Shown: positions 34,199 through 43,148 of the stretch, piece by piece
How positions within the stretch are numbered: the first letter of the stretch is position 1
How the letters are laid out: every line of letters begins with the position of its first letter
Source: Candidatus Limnocylindrales bacterium
GTDB taxonomy: Bacteria > Chloroflexota > Limnocylindria > Limnocylindrales > CSP1-4
DNA length: 52,445 bases
NCBI GenBank assembly: GCA_039925225.1
Contig: JBDSZH010000050.1
Coordinates: 1 to 52,445 of the forward strand
Reading direction: 5' to 3'
The notes under the pieces: model-generated
The model's input: only the letters and a program-made list of their open reading frames with translations
Databases searched by the model: none
Told to the model about the DNA's origin: nothing
Translations under genes and position numbers: made by a program

Positions 34199-35674
34199 AT
34201 GCCCAAGGAACAGGAGGTCCTGCGGATCGGGGATCGCGAGGTCACGGTCACCAATCCGGGCAAGATCTTCTTCGATGCGATCGGGGCGACGAAGCTGGAC
34301 CTCGTTCGCTACTACCTCGCGGTAGCGCCAGGCGCCCTGACCGGTGCGGGCGGCCGCCCGATGGCGCTCAAGCGCTTCGTGAACGGGGCGGCGGGCGAGG
34401 CGTTCTTCCAGAAGCGGGCACCGGACAACCGGCCGGAGTGGCTGCGCACGGTCACGCTGTCATTCCCGTCCGGTCGAACCGCCGACGAGATCGTCGTCGA
34501 GGACGCGGCGGGTCTTGCCTGGATCGTGAACCTCGGCTGCCTGGACCTCAATCCGCACCCGGTGCGCGCCGATGACCTCGATCACCCCGACGAGTTGCGC
34601 GTTGATCTTGACCCCGTTCCGGGTGTTGGCTGGGCGCAGATCCGCGACGTCGCGATGGTCACCAAGGAGTCGCTCGAGGCCGTCGGACTCACCGGCTGGC
34701 CGAAGACCTCTGGCTCGCGGGGCATTCACGTCAACGTGCGCCTAGAGCGGCGCTGGACGTACCCGGAGGTCCGACGCGCCGCGCTGGCGATCGCTCGCGA
34801 CGTCGAACGGCGGGCGCCGGCGATCGCCACGTCGAAGTGGTGGAAGGAGGAGCGCCACGGCGTCTTCCTCGACTACAACCAGAACGCCAAGGACCGCACG
34901 GTAGCCTCGGCGTACTCCGTGCGGCCGCTGCCGGACGCGCGTGTGTCGACGCCCCTGTCGTGGGACGAGGTGCCCACAGCCGAGGCCGAGGCATTCACGA
35001 TCTCCACCGTGCCGGCACGGTTCGCCGCGATCGGCGATCCGGGAGCGGGCATCGACGGGGCAGTAGGCTCGCTCGAGGCGCTGCTGGAGCTCTCGCATCG
35101 CGACGAGGCGGAGGGTCTGGGGGACGCGCCATGGCCGCCCAATTATCGGAAGCAGGAGGGTGAGCCGCCGCGCGTGCAACCGTCGCGCCAGCGCCGCGCC
35201 ACCGCTGAGTACGACACGCCGGAGGCCGAGGCGGACCGCGAGAAGAACCGCGCCGCGATGGAGAAACGCTTCACCGCGGAGCTGGAGCGCCGAGCTGCGG
35301 CGAAGGCCTCGGGCGAGGCAACACCCGCCACCCGGCCAACGCCAACCGGACGCCGCAAGTCAACGGTGCCGGTCATCGAGATCTCGCGCGCGAAGTCGAA
35401 GGCAGCGGCACTGGAAGGGCTGGAGCGCTGGAAGGTTCGCCACCCGGAGGCAGCTGCGGCACTCAAGGAGCCGGACGTGCTCGTCGACGGTATGCGCGGC
35501 CGATCGTCGCTCTGGTACCGGGTCCGCGTGAATCTCACCCACGTGCCAGAACCTGATCGGCCGGCGCAGGACGCGCTCGACCCTGACTACGACCCGTGGG
35601 CCGAGTATGCGTTTCCCGATCGCGTCGGGCAGGCGGAGCGCGCACCGCGAACGCGGCGCGCGCCCGGAAGCTGA
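34199..35674 (+). CDS. ligD: NHEJ polymerase/primase (LigD-Pol domain) with a ~170-aa C-terminal extension
   Basis: 'VTNPGKIFF', 'KLDLVRYY', 'FFQKRAP' and 'WPKTSGSRGIHVNV'. The tail beyond about aa 320 is charged and of unassigned family. Confidence 0.85.
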   Translation: MPKEQEVLRIGDREVTVTNPGKIFFDAIGATKLDLVRYYLAVAPGALTGAGGRPMALKRFVNGAAGEAFFQKRAPDNRPEWLRTVTLSFPSGRTADEIVVEDAAGLAWIVNLGCLDLNPHPVRADDLDHPDELRVDLDPVPGVGWAQIRDVAMVTKESLEAVGLTGWPKTSGSRGIHVNVRLERRWTYPEVRRAALAIARDVERRAPAIATSKWWKEERHGVFLDYNQNAKDRTVASAYSVRPLPDARVSTPLSWDEVPTAEAEAFTISTVPARFAAIGDPGAGIDGAVGSLEALLELSHRDEAEGLGDAPWPPNYRKQEGEPPRVQPSRQRRATAEYDTPEAEADREKNRAAMEKRFTAELERRAAAKASGEATPATRPTPTGRRKSTVPVIEISRAKSKAAALEGLERWKVRHPEAAAALKEPDVLVDGMRGRSSLWYRVRVNLTHVPEPDRPAQDALDPDYDPWAEYAFPDRVGQAERAPRTRRAPGS

Positions 35675-35678
35675 GTCG

Positions 35679-36305
35679 CTAGGCGGTCTTGTTCCGCCAG
35701 AACATCAACAGCACGACGACAACGTACACGTGGATGCCGAGCATCACGAGCACGAACCCGATGCCGCTGCTGGCTCCGCTGGAGCTGCCGCCGCCCGTGA
35801 GGCTCAGGAGCCAGAACAGGCCGCTGAGAATGCCCACGATCAGGCCCATTACGCGGCCCCAGCCACGTGAGCGAACGATGCCGATACCGCCGAGCAGGTA
35901 CACGAGGCTGTAGACGACGACCACGATGCCGACGAACGCGAGGAAGCCGCTGACCACGGCAGCGGGATCGTTGAGCCCGCTGCCCGTGAAATCGCCTCCG
36001 AACTGGTCCAGATCGAGCTGGCCGACGATCGTCGAGCCAAAAACGGTGATCATGAGACCGAGAAGGCCGCCGAGGATCCCGAGGAGGATCAGCAGGACAC
36101 CGGCGATCGCCGCGAGCGTGGTCCGCCCGCCCTTGGCAACGGCAACAACTGGTGCAGCACCCCAGGCGACCGGCGGCGGCATGATCGGCGGCGGCATGAT
36201 CGGCGGCGGCGGCGCGGGCGCCGCTGCCTGCTCCACGAGTGGCGCCAAAGGCGGTGGATCCGCGCTGGGTGTGGGCTCGCCCGCGGGCGTCTGCTCGTCG
36301 GTCAT
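35679..36305 (-). CDS. Membrane protein with a Pro-rich N-terminus (PPPIM repeats), unknown function
   Basis: 'PPPPIMPPPIMPPP' followed by about 4 TM segments. The ATG overlaps the ligase stop (ATGA). Confidence 0.6.
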   Translation of the reverse strand: MTDEQTPAGEPTPSADPPPLAPLVEQAAAPAPPPPIMPPPIMPPPVAWGAAPVVAVAKGGRTTLAAIAGVLLILLGILGGLLGLMITVFGSTIVGQLDLDQFGGDFTGSGLNDPAAVVSGFLAFVGIVVVVYSLVYLLGGIGIVRSRGWGRVMGLIVGILSGLFWLLSLTGGGSSSGASSGIGFVLVMLGIHVYVVVVLLMFWRNKTA

Positions 36306-37399
36306 GTGGTCACCCCTCCCTTGAAGATCAGGTCCAGCTCATATGCGGCCGTCACCTCGAGCTGATCGTAGCGGCAGTCCGCGGGCTGTTTGTCCGGGCG
36401 CCAGCGGAGGAACGTGGTCCCGTGCCGAAATCGATCGCCCTGCAGGTGATCGTACGCGACCTCGGCAACCCGTTCGACGTGAATCGGTTCCCAGGAGAGG
36501 TCCTTGCCGCGATTCCAGCGTGAGGTCGCGCCCGGCAGCCGTTGCCCCGAGGCCTGGGTGGCCTGTGCCCATTCCGCCCACTCGGACCACGGGTGGCCCT
36601 CCAGGGCGTTCTCGCGCAGCGGTGCGAGTTCCTCGACGAGCGCGGCGCGCCTGTCCCACGTAAACGACGATGTCACGCCAACGCTATGCAGGGTCCCGGT
36701 CCCATCGAAGAGCCCGAGCAGCAGCGATCCGATGTGCGTGCCCGGCCCGTTCTTGTGCCACCGGAACCCCGCGACGGCACACTCGGCGGTGCGCTGATGC
36801 TTGACTTTGATCATCGCCCGCTTGCCGGGCTGGTAGGTGCCGTCGAGCCGCTTGGCGATCACCCCATCCAGGCCGGCGCCTTCGAACCGCTTGAACCAGT
36901 CCGCGGCGAGGACGCGGTCGGTGGTGGCCGGCGTGAGGTGAACCGGCGGCTTCGCGATCCCGGCGAGCGCGGCCTCGAGGCGCGCGCGCCGCTCGCCCTG
37001 GTTTGCGCCGCGCAGGTCCTCGTCGCCGATCGCGAGCAGGTCCCACGCGACGAACGAAGCGGGCGACTGCTCCGCGAGCATCTTCACTCGTGAAGCGGCA
37101 GGGTGGATGCGGAGCAGCAGCGCCTCGAATTGCAGCCCTCCGTCGCCGGCGATGACCACCTCACCATCCAGCACGCAGCGCTCCGGCAACGAAGCCTTGA
37201 GCGGCTCGGCCAGCTCGGGGAAGTAGCGGTCGAGCGGCTTGAGGTCGCGCGACTGGATGTAGGTCTCGTCCCCGTCTCGAAAGACGAGCGCCCGAAAGCC
37301 GTCCCATTTCGGCTCGTACAGCCAGCCGTCGCCCGACGGCAGGGCGTCGGCGGCCTTTGCCAGCATCGGCTCGATAGGTGGTTCGAACGGGAGCTTCAC
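36302..37399 (-). CDS. ATP-dependent DNA ligase (LigC/LigD ligase-domain type)
   Basis: Adenylation motif I 'EPKWDGFRAL', 'LDGEVV' and 'DGVIAKRLDGTYQPGKR'. Confidence 0.85.
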   Translation of the reverse strand: MKLPFEPPIEPMLAKAADALPSGDGWLYEPKWDGFRALVFRDGDETYIQSRDLKPLDRYFPELAEPLKASLPERCVLDGEVVIAGDGGLQFEALLLRIHPAASRVKMLAEQSPASFVAWDLLAIGDEDLRGANQGERRARLEAALAGIAKPPVHLTPATTDRVLAADWFKRFEGAGLDGVIAKRLDGTYQPGKRAMIKVKHQRTAECAVAGFRWHKNGPGTHIGSLLLGLFDGTGTLHSVGVTSSFTWDRRAALVEELAPLRENALEGHPWSEWAEWAQATQASGQRLPGATSRWNRGKDLSWEPIHVERVAEVAYDHLQGDRFRHGTTFLRWRPDKQPADCRYDQLEVTAAYELDLIFKGGVTT

Positions 37400-37428
37400 C
37401 GCGCCACGGTACCCCAGGCGACGGCGGC

Positions 37429-37434
37429 TACAGT
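37429..37434 (+). promoter_or_regulatory. -10-like hexamer TACAGT 6 nt upstream of GTG 37441
   Basis: 'gcTACAGTtcgcccGTG'. This supports 37441 over the ORF-track start 37378. Confidence 0.4.
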
Positions 37435-37440
37435 TCGCCC

Positions 37441-38319
37441 GTGACTGACTCCGCGGCCGCCGAGCCGTTCGTTAGCGAGCCGCACGAGGACGAGCCGCAG
37501 CCCGCGAGCCGCTACGACGACATGGCTGAGGGCTATGCGCGCTTTTGGGCGCCGGTCATCCGCCCGGGAGCTATCCGCGTGCTCGACCTCGTCGCGCCAG
37601 ATCTGGAACCCGCAGGAACAAGCGCGATCCTGGATGTCGGCAGCGGCACGGGATCCCTGGCGATCGCGACGTTGAAGCGCTGGCCGTGGCATCGCGTGAC
37701 CGGCATCGACCCGTCCGGCGGGATGCTCGAGGTGGCCCGCGACACGGCCGACCAGGAGCTCCCGGAGGCGGTCGCCCGCCGGTTCCGCGCCGAGGTCGCC
37801 TCGGCCGATCGTCTGCCCTTCGATGACGCGACCTTCGACGTCGCGGTCTCGTCATTCGTCCTGCAGCTCGTCAAGAGCCGCTCGGCAGCGCTCCGCGAAG
37901 TTCGCCGCGTGCTAAAACCGGGGGGGGTGTTCGCGTGGGTCGCGTGGCTGCGAACGGACAGAGCCTTCGAGCCCGATCGGATCGCGAACGAGCTGCTCGA
38001 CGAGGCGGGCTTCGACCCGCCGGAACCAGATCGCCGGCCCGGCGATCTCGCGTCAGTGTCTTCAGCGGCGCAGGGAATGCGACGCGCGGGCTACGTCGAC
38101 GTCCGCGCGCACGCGGGCGAGGTCGAGCACGCGTGGGACGCAGACGGCTACCGGGCGTTCTACACGGAGTTCGACGAGGCAAGCCTGTTCGACGACCTGG
38201 AGCCGGGTGAGCGCGACGAGATCCGGGCGAAGCTGCTCGAACGGCTTGGCGCGCTCAGGCCAGAGCAGCTGACGCTGCGGTTGCCTGTCGTCTACATAGT
38301 GGGGCGCGCGCCGAGCTGA
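37441..38319 (+). CDS. Class I SAM-dependent methyltransferase
   Basis: Motif I 'ILDVGSGTGSLA' and post-I/II 'FDVAVSSFVLQLV...LKPGGVF'. Confidence 0.8.
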   Translation: MTDSAAAEPFVSEPHEDEPQPASRYDDMAEGYARFWAPVIRPGAIRVLDLVAPDLEPAGTSAILDVGSGTGSLAIATLKRWPWHRVTGIDPSGGMLEVARDTADQELPEAVARRFRAEVASADRLPFDDATFDVAVSSFVLQLVKSRSAALREVRRVLKPGGVFAWVAWLRTDRAFEPDRIANELLDEAGFDPPEPDRRPGDLASVSSAAQGMRRAGYVDVRAHAGEVEHAWDADGYRAFYTEFDEASLFDDLEPGERDEIRAKLLERLGALRPEQLTLRLPVVYIVGRAPS

Positions 38320-38321
38320 GC

Positions 38322-38348
38322 CACGGCCGGTCCGGCCAGATGGCCGTG
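38322..38348. terminator. Hairpin CACGGCC...GGCCGTG between convergent genes (candidate bidirectional terminator)
   Basis: 7-bp stems at 38322-38328 and 38342-38348, with an inner 'ccggtccgg' palindrome. Confidence 0.35.
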
Positions 38349-38349
38349 A

Positions 38350-39033
38350 TCAGCCCGCGTCGGGTTCCTTGTCCGACTCGCCCTCGCCGCCCTCGCCGCC
38401 CTCGGCTCCCTCGGCTGCGCCCTCTGCGGCACCGTCTGCCGCGCCCTCGGGGACCTCGACGACCTCCTCGACGCGCGGCGGCAGCACCTTGGCCACGACC
38501 TCGGTCGGGTCGTTGAGCAGGATCGCATCGGACGGGATCACGAGATCGCTGACGTGAATCTGGTCGTCGAACGTTGCCAGTGACTCGATGGAGTAGTGGA
38601 TGGACTGCGGGAGGTGATCGGGCAGCGCGCGAACGCGGACGTGCTCGATGACGTGCATCAGCGTTCCACCCGCGGTCTCGATGGCCTCCGACAGGCCCTC
38701 GGAGACGAGCGGCACGTCCACGGTCAGCTCTTCGGTCATGCGCACGACGTACAGGTCCACGTGCAGCAGCCGGCGGGTGACGCGATGGGTCTGCACGCCG
38801 TACACGAGCACGGGTGCCGCGGCGCCGCCATCGACGGACAGGTCGATGAGGGTGTTCGCCCCAGCGTGGCGTCGAAGCTGCTCGAATTCGTGCGTGTCGA
38901 CGGAGACGTTGTCCGAGGCGAGGCCGTTGCCGAAGATGACCGCGGGCAGGCGGCCAGCGCGGCGCATGTTCGAGACCTTCTTGCCTGTGAGCGTGCGGCT
39001 CGCCGCGGCGAGCTTGGGACGAGCGGTGGACAT
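38350..39033 (-). CDS. rplY: 50S ribosomal protein L25 / general stress protein Ctc
   Basis: 'RTLTGKKVSNMRRAGRLPAVIFG' and 'LIDLSVDG', with an acidic C-terminal tail. The internal ATG 39033 was chosen. Confidence 0.85.
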   Translation of the reverse strand: MSTARPKLAAASRTLTGKKVSNMRRAGRLPAVIFGNGLASDNVSVDTHEFEQLRRHAGANTLIDLSVDGGAAAPVLVYGVQTHRVTRRLLHVDLYVVRMTEELTVDVPLVSEGLSEAIETAGGTLMHVIEHVRVRALPDHLPQSIHYSIESLATFDDQIHVSDLVIPSDAILLNDPTEVVAKVLPPRVEEVVEVPEGAADGAAEGAAEGAEGGEGGEGESDKEPDAG

Positions 39034-39115
39034 GCGGAAGTGGGGCCTCCGGGAGGGATCGATCGGCCCGGTAAGGTACCACGACGGCTCGCCGGGCATC
39101 CGGAGGTGCCCGGTG

Positions 39116-39121
39116 TAGGAT
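39116..39121 (+). promoter_or_regulatory. -10-like hexamer TAGGAT 6 nt upstream of GTG 39128
   Basis: 'gtgTAGGATcggttcGTG'. Confidence 0.4.
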
Positions 39122-39127
39122 CGGTTC

Positions 39128-39826
39128 GTGGCAGCAACGATTTTGGTCGTCGAGGATGAGCACGCCGTGGCGCGCGGGCTCCAGTACGCCCTCGAACAGG
39201 AGGGCTACGAGGTGACGCTCGCCAGATCCGGCGAGGAGGGCTACGAGGTCGCGACCCGGTCAGCCCCGGACCTGATCCTGCTGGACGTGCGCCTGCCCGG
39301 CATGGACGGCTTCGAGGTGCTGCGCCGCCTGCGCGCGGCAGGCACGAAATCTCCGGTCCTGATGCTCACCGCCCGCGACGAGGAAGTCGACAAGGTCATC
39401 GGCCTGGAGCTGGGCGCGGACGACTACCTCACGAAGCCGTTCGGGCTGCGCGAGCTGCTCAGCCGGGTAAAGGCGCTCCTCCGCCGGGCGTATGGCGACC
39501 TCGCCGATGCCGTCGGCGGCCGCGTCATCCGGCATCGCGACCTCCTGATCGATCTCGATCGCCGGCGGGTCCAGCGCGGCGACCGGCGAATCAGCCTCAC
39601 GCCGACGGAATTCGAGATCCTGCGCCACCTCGCCAGCAAGCCCGGCCGGGTCTACACGCGCGCGGAGCTGCTGGACCTCCTGCGCGATTACGAGGCGCTG
39701 GACCAGGACGAGAAGACGATCAACGTCCACGTGAGCCACCTGCGGGACAAGCTCGAGGACGATCCGACCAATCCCGCGTTTGTCCAGACGATCCGCGGCG
39801 TCGGCTACGCGTTCGCCGAGCGCTGA
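39128..39826 (+). CDS. OmpR-family response regulator (MprA-like by context)
   Basis: 'ILVVEDEHAV', 'DLILLDVRLPGMDG', 'DDYLTKPF' and 'TIRGVGYAF'. Confidence 0.85.
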   Translation: MAATILVVEDEHAVARGLQYALEQEGYEVTLARSGEEGYEVATRSAPDLILLDVRLPGMDGFEVLRRLRAAGTKSPVLMLTARDEEVDKVIGLELGADDYLTKPFGLRELLSRVKALLRRAYGDLADAVGGRVIRHRDLLIDLDRRRVQRGDRRISLTPTEFEILRHLASKPGRVYTRAELLDLLRDYEALDQDEKTINVHVSHLRDKLEDDPTNPAFVQTIRGVGYAFAER

Positions 39827-41411
39827 GCGCCGAACCCTGAGCGACGGGCTCGCGCCAAAGACGTTTCAGGGCCGGCTGACGCTGGGCTTCGTGGCGGTCG
39901 TGGCCGTCACGCTCGGCCTCGTCGGCCTCCTGGTCGTGAACCGCCTGGGCGCGTACTTCGACCAGCAGCAGGACGACGATCTCACCGCCCGCGCCCGCGG
40001 CGTGGCGCAGTACGTGATCCTGATCGCGGAGAGCACGGGCACGGTGCGCGCCGGCCGGCCGGTCGTCTCGAACGACGGGATGGTCGACCCCGCCGTCGTG
40101 AACGAGCTCACTCGCGGTACCCAGCAGCGGATCATGGCCGACCACCTCGCCCAGGCGGACGTCCGGATCCGGGTTGGGCGCGCGGGCACCGAGTTCCTGC
40201 CCGCCGCAAACGGGGTCTTCGCGGCGACAGATGAGGCGAAGCCCGACGACCCCCGCCAGGCACGCGAACGGGTCACGAGCAGGACCGTCCTGATAGAGGT
40301 CAAGTCGGCGGCCATCCCGTACGGCGTGGAGGTGACGCTCCTGAATCCGTACACCTATCGCGCGGCGGCAGTCTCCAACGTGACCGGACTGCTCGCGGTC
40401 ATCGGGCTGATCGCGCTAGCGGTCGCGGTGGTGGTCGCGGCGATGCTCACCCGGCGCATCACCACGCCCCTCCGGCGCCTCACCGAGGCGAGTCGCGACC
40501 TCGCAGAGGGCGATTTCGCCCGCCGCGTCCCGTCCGATGCGATAGAAGCCGGCCCCATCGAGCTGTCGAACCTCGGCCTCCAGTTCAACGCCATGGCCGA
40601 GCGCCTCCAGGAGAGCGTCGAGATCATCCGCCGCGACCGCGATCGAAGCCGCGAGTTCCTGGCGGACGTCTCGCATGAGCTGCGGACGCCGATCGCGGCG
40701 CTCCGAACGTTCAACGAGCTCCTCGTCGAGGGCGCCGCAGACGACCCGGCAGCGCGCAACGAGTTCCTCGAGACCAGTCGCGCCCAGCTTGAGCGCCTCG
40801 ACTGGCTCGCCCAGAACCTGCTCGAGCTGTCCAAGCTCGATTCCGGGCTCGTCCTGCTCGACCTCCGGCGCGAGGACCTCCGTTCGTCGGTGCAGCAGGC
40901 AGTCGACCAGGCAGCTGCGACGGCAAGGCGCCGCGGCGTCGAGCTCACGATGGCGCGCCCGTCGGAAGCGATCCAACTGCGCCACGATCCTGTCCGCATT
41001 GGCCAGGTCGTGACGAATCTCGTCGGCAACGCGATCAAGTTCACGTCGGGCGGCGGGCGCGTGGACGTGGCGGTCCAGCCAGAACCGGACGGGGGAGCCT
41101 CGATCACGGTCAGCGATACCGGGATCGGCATCGACCCGGCGGAGCTGCCCAGGATCTTCGACCGGTTCTTCCGCGGCTCACGCGCCAGTGAGGCGCGGGG
41201 GAGTGGCAGCGGGCTCGGCCTGGCCATCGTCCGGAGCATCGTCGAGATGCACGGCGGGACCGTCGCCGTCGAGAGCCGGCTCGGCGCCGGAACGGCGTTC
41301 CGGGTCGTGCTGCCGGCGCAGCCCCGGCCCTACCCGGGCGACGACGAACGGCGCGTAGTGGAAACTTCATCGTCACCCGCGCAGAACCTGAACCCGCAGC
41401 CCGCACCGTAG
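39780..41411 (+). CDS. Sensor histidine kinase (TM-sensor-TM-HAMP-HisKA-HATPase; MprB-like by context)
   Basis: H-box 'FLADVSHELRTPIAAL', 'NLVGNAIKFT' and 'GSGLGLAIVRSIVEMHGG'. The start is uncertain: TTG 39780 overlaps the regulator by 47 nt, so a later start is possible. Confidence 0.8.
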   Translation: MSRRSAASATRSPSAERRTLSDGLAPKTFQGRLTLGFVAVVAVTLGLVGLLVVNRLGAYFDQQQDDDLTARARGVAQYVILIAESTGTVRAGRPVVSNDGMVDPAVVNELTRGTQQRIMADHLAQADVRIRVGRAGTEFLPAANGVFAATDEAKPDDPRQARERVTSRTVLIEVKSAAIPYGVEVTLLNPYTYRAAAVSNVTGLLAVIGLIALAVAVVVAAMLTRRITTPLRRLTEASRDLAEGDFARRVPSDAIEAGPIELSNLGLQFNAMAERLQESVEIIRRDRDRSREFLADVSHELRTPIAALRTFNELLVEGAADDPAARNEFLETSRAQLERLDWLAQNLLELSKLDSGLVLLDLRREDLRSSVQQAVDQAAATARRRGVELTMARPSEAIQLRHDPVRIGQVVTNLVGNAIKFTSGGGRVDVAVQPEPDGGASITVSDTGIGIDPAELPRIFDRFFRGSRASEARGSGSGLGLAIVRSIVEMHGGTVAVESRLGAGTAFRVVLPAQPRPYPGDDERRVVETSSSPAQNLNPQPAP

Positions 41412-41418
41412 GGAGCGC

Positions 41419-42771
41419 ATGACCAACGACCTGATCCACGACGACAACACCCCCGGCGACGCCGAGACCGTCGCGTACGCCCCACAACCGGAGCGCCGAC
41501 CGGAGTGGGCCCGCTCGGCATGGACTGATCCGGTCGCCGCGCCGCCCGCCGCACCACTCGAGCCGGCGCCGATCCTGGCTCCCGTGGTGCCCGCTCAACC
41601 CGTCGAACCCAACCGTGGCGAGCCTCGCGGGAGTGGTGGCGGCATCGGCACGCTGATCGGCGCGGCCCTCCTGTCCGCCGTCCTCGCGTCGGGAGGGACC
41701 GTGTTCCTCCTCGAATCCACCGGCGCGCTCAACCACCAGGCCACCACGAGCGCCGCGCCAAACCCGACCCAACGCCCGGTCGCCATCGACGAATCGTCGG
41801 CGGTCGTCAACGCCGCCGCGAACGTGAGCCCCGCGGTGGTCCGGATCACCGCATCCGGAGTCGCGACCGACGGCCTGGGCGGGCCGCTGCCGGAGACCGG
41901 CGTCGGCTCCGGCGTGATCTACGACGCGGACGGCTGGATCCTCACGAATCGCCACGTCGTACTGACCACGAACAAGGCGATCGCGTCATCGCTCACGGTG
42001 GAGCTCAAGGACGGTCGCGAGTTCACCGGGACCGTGTACGGCATCGATACGCTGACCGACCTCGCGATCGTGAAGGTCGACGTGACCGGATTGCCGGCGG
42101 CGCCGATCGGCAAGTCCGCCGACATCAAGGTCGGTCAGCTCGCGATCGCGATCGGCTCGCCGCTCGGGACGTACACGAACACGGTCACCACCGGGATCAT
42201 CTCGGCCACGGGCCGGACGATCCAGATCGATGCGAAGACACGCCTCACCAACCTCATCCAGACGGACGCGGCGATCAACCCAGGTAACAGCGGCGGCCCG
42301 CTCCTCGACGCGTCCGGCGCGGTGATCGGCATCAACACCGCGGTCGAGCGCGATTCGACGGGCATCGGCTTCGCAATCCCGATCGACATCGCCCGCCCGA
42401 TCATGGCCCAGGCCCTCGCCGGCGAGCCGCTTGCCCGGCCGTACCTCGGCATCCGCTATCGGCAGATCGACGTCAAGGTCAAGAAGGAGAAGGGCCTCAC
42501 CGTGGATTCGGGTGCGCTGATCGGACCGTCGACCGACGAGCTGGGCGTGACGAAGCCTGGGGTCACCCCGGGCAGCCCCGCCGAGGCCGCGGGCCTCCAG
42601 GACGGCGACATCGTCCTGAAGATCGAGGATCAGCTCGTGGATTCCGAGCACCCGCTCGATGCCATCCTCACGAGCTATCGGCCGGGGCAGGTCGTGAAGA
42701 TGAGCGTCCTCCGCGGCACATCGGCCGTGTCGATCAGCGTCACCCTGGGAACGCGACCGGAAGGGCTCTAG
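41419..42771 (+). CDS. htrA: HtrA/PepD-type S1C serine protease with a PDZ domain
   Basis: Catalytic triad context 'LTNRHVV', 'DLAIVKV' and 'GNSGGPLLD'. The C-terminal PDZ has 'GSPAEAAGLQDGDIVLKI'. Confidence 0.85.
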   Translation: MTNDLIHDDNTPGDAETVAYAPQPERRPEWARSAWTDPVAAPPAAPLEPAPILAPVVPAQPVEPNRGEPRGSGGGIGTLIGAALLSAVLASGGTVFLLESTGALNHQATTSAAPNPTQRPVAIDESSAVVNAAANVSPAVVRITASGVATDGLGGPLPETGVGSGVIYDADGWILTNRHVVLTTNKAIASSLTVELKDGREFTGTVYGIDTLTDLAIVKVDVTGLPAAPIGKSADIKVGQLAIAIGSPLGTYTNTVTTGIISATGRTIQIDAKTRLTNLIQTDAAINPGNSGGPLLDASGAVIGINTAVERDSTGIGFAIPIDIARPIMAQALAGEPLARPYLGIRYRQIDVKVKKEKGLTVDSGALIGPSTDELGVTKPGVTPGSPAEAAGLQDGDIVLKIEDQLVDSEHPLDAILTSYRPGQVVKMSVLRGTSAVSISVTLGTRPEGL

Positions 42772-43148
42772 CCCCGAACGTCGCCCTCGCGGACGCGACG
42801 GATCTCAACCCCGGCGTATGCGAGCGGACCGCCGAGCTGCACTCCAGGCTTGCGCACCCGGACCACCACTTCCTCGACCTGCGTGTGCTCCCCGAGCACT
42901 TCGTGCGCGATCGCCTCCGCAAGGGCCTCGATGAGGTTGAAGGTCGTCGACTCGACCACCTGCTTCGTGATCCCGTAGACGGCGCCGTAGTCGACCGTTC
43001 GTGCAAGGTCGTCGTCGAGACCGGCGGGCTGGACGTCGAGCACCAGCTCCACGTCGACCTCGAATGGCTGCGCCTCGACTTTCTCCCAATCGGCGACGCC
43101 GTGGCGCGCCTGGAAGGCCATGCCGGACAGGATGATGCGATCGCTCAT
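42768..43148 (-). CDS. folB: Dihydroneopterin aldolase
   Basis: 'IILSGMAFQARHGVADWEKVEAQPFEVDVEL'. The ATG overlaps the folP stop (ATGA). Confidence 0.85.
   Translation of the reverse strand: MSDRIILSGMAFQARHGVADWEKVEAQPFEVDVELVLDVQPAGLDDDLARTVDYGAVYGITKQVVESTTFNLIEALAEAIAHEVLGEHTQVEEVVVRVRKPGVQLGGPLAYAGVEIRRVREGDVRG

Noticed and set aside
34199-37399. Looked for a Ku gene and a LigD phosphoesterase domain next to the NHEJ genes.
   Set aside because: No ORF in or around the locus shows Ku-like or PE-domain motifs. Their absence is reported as an observation, not annotated as a feature.
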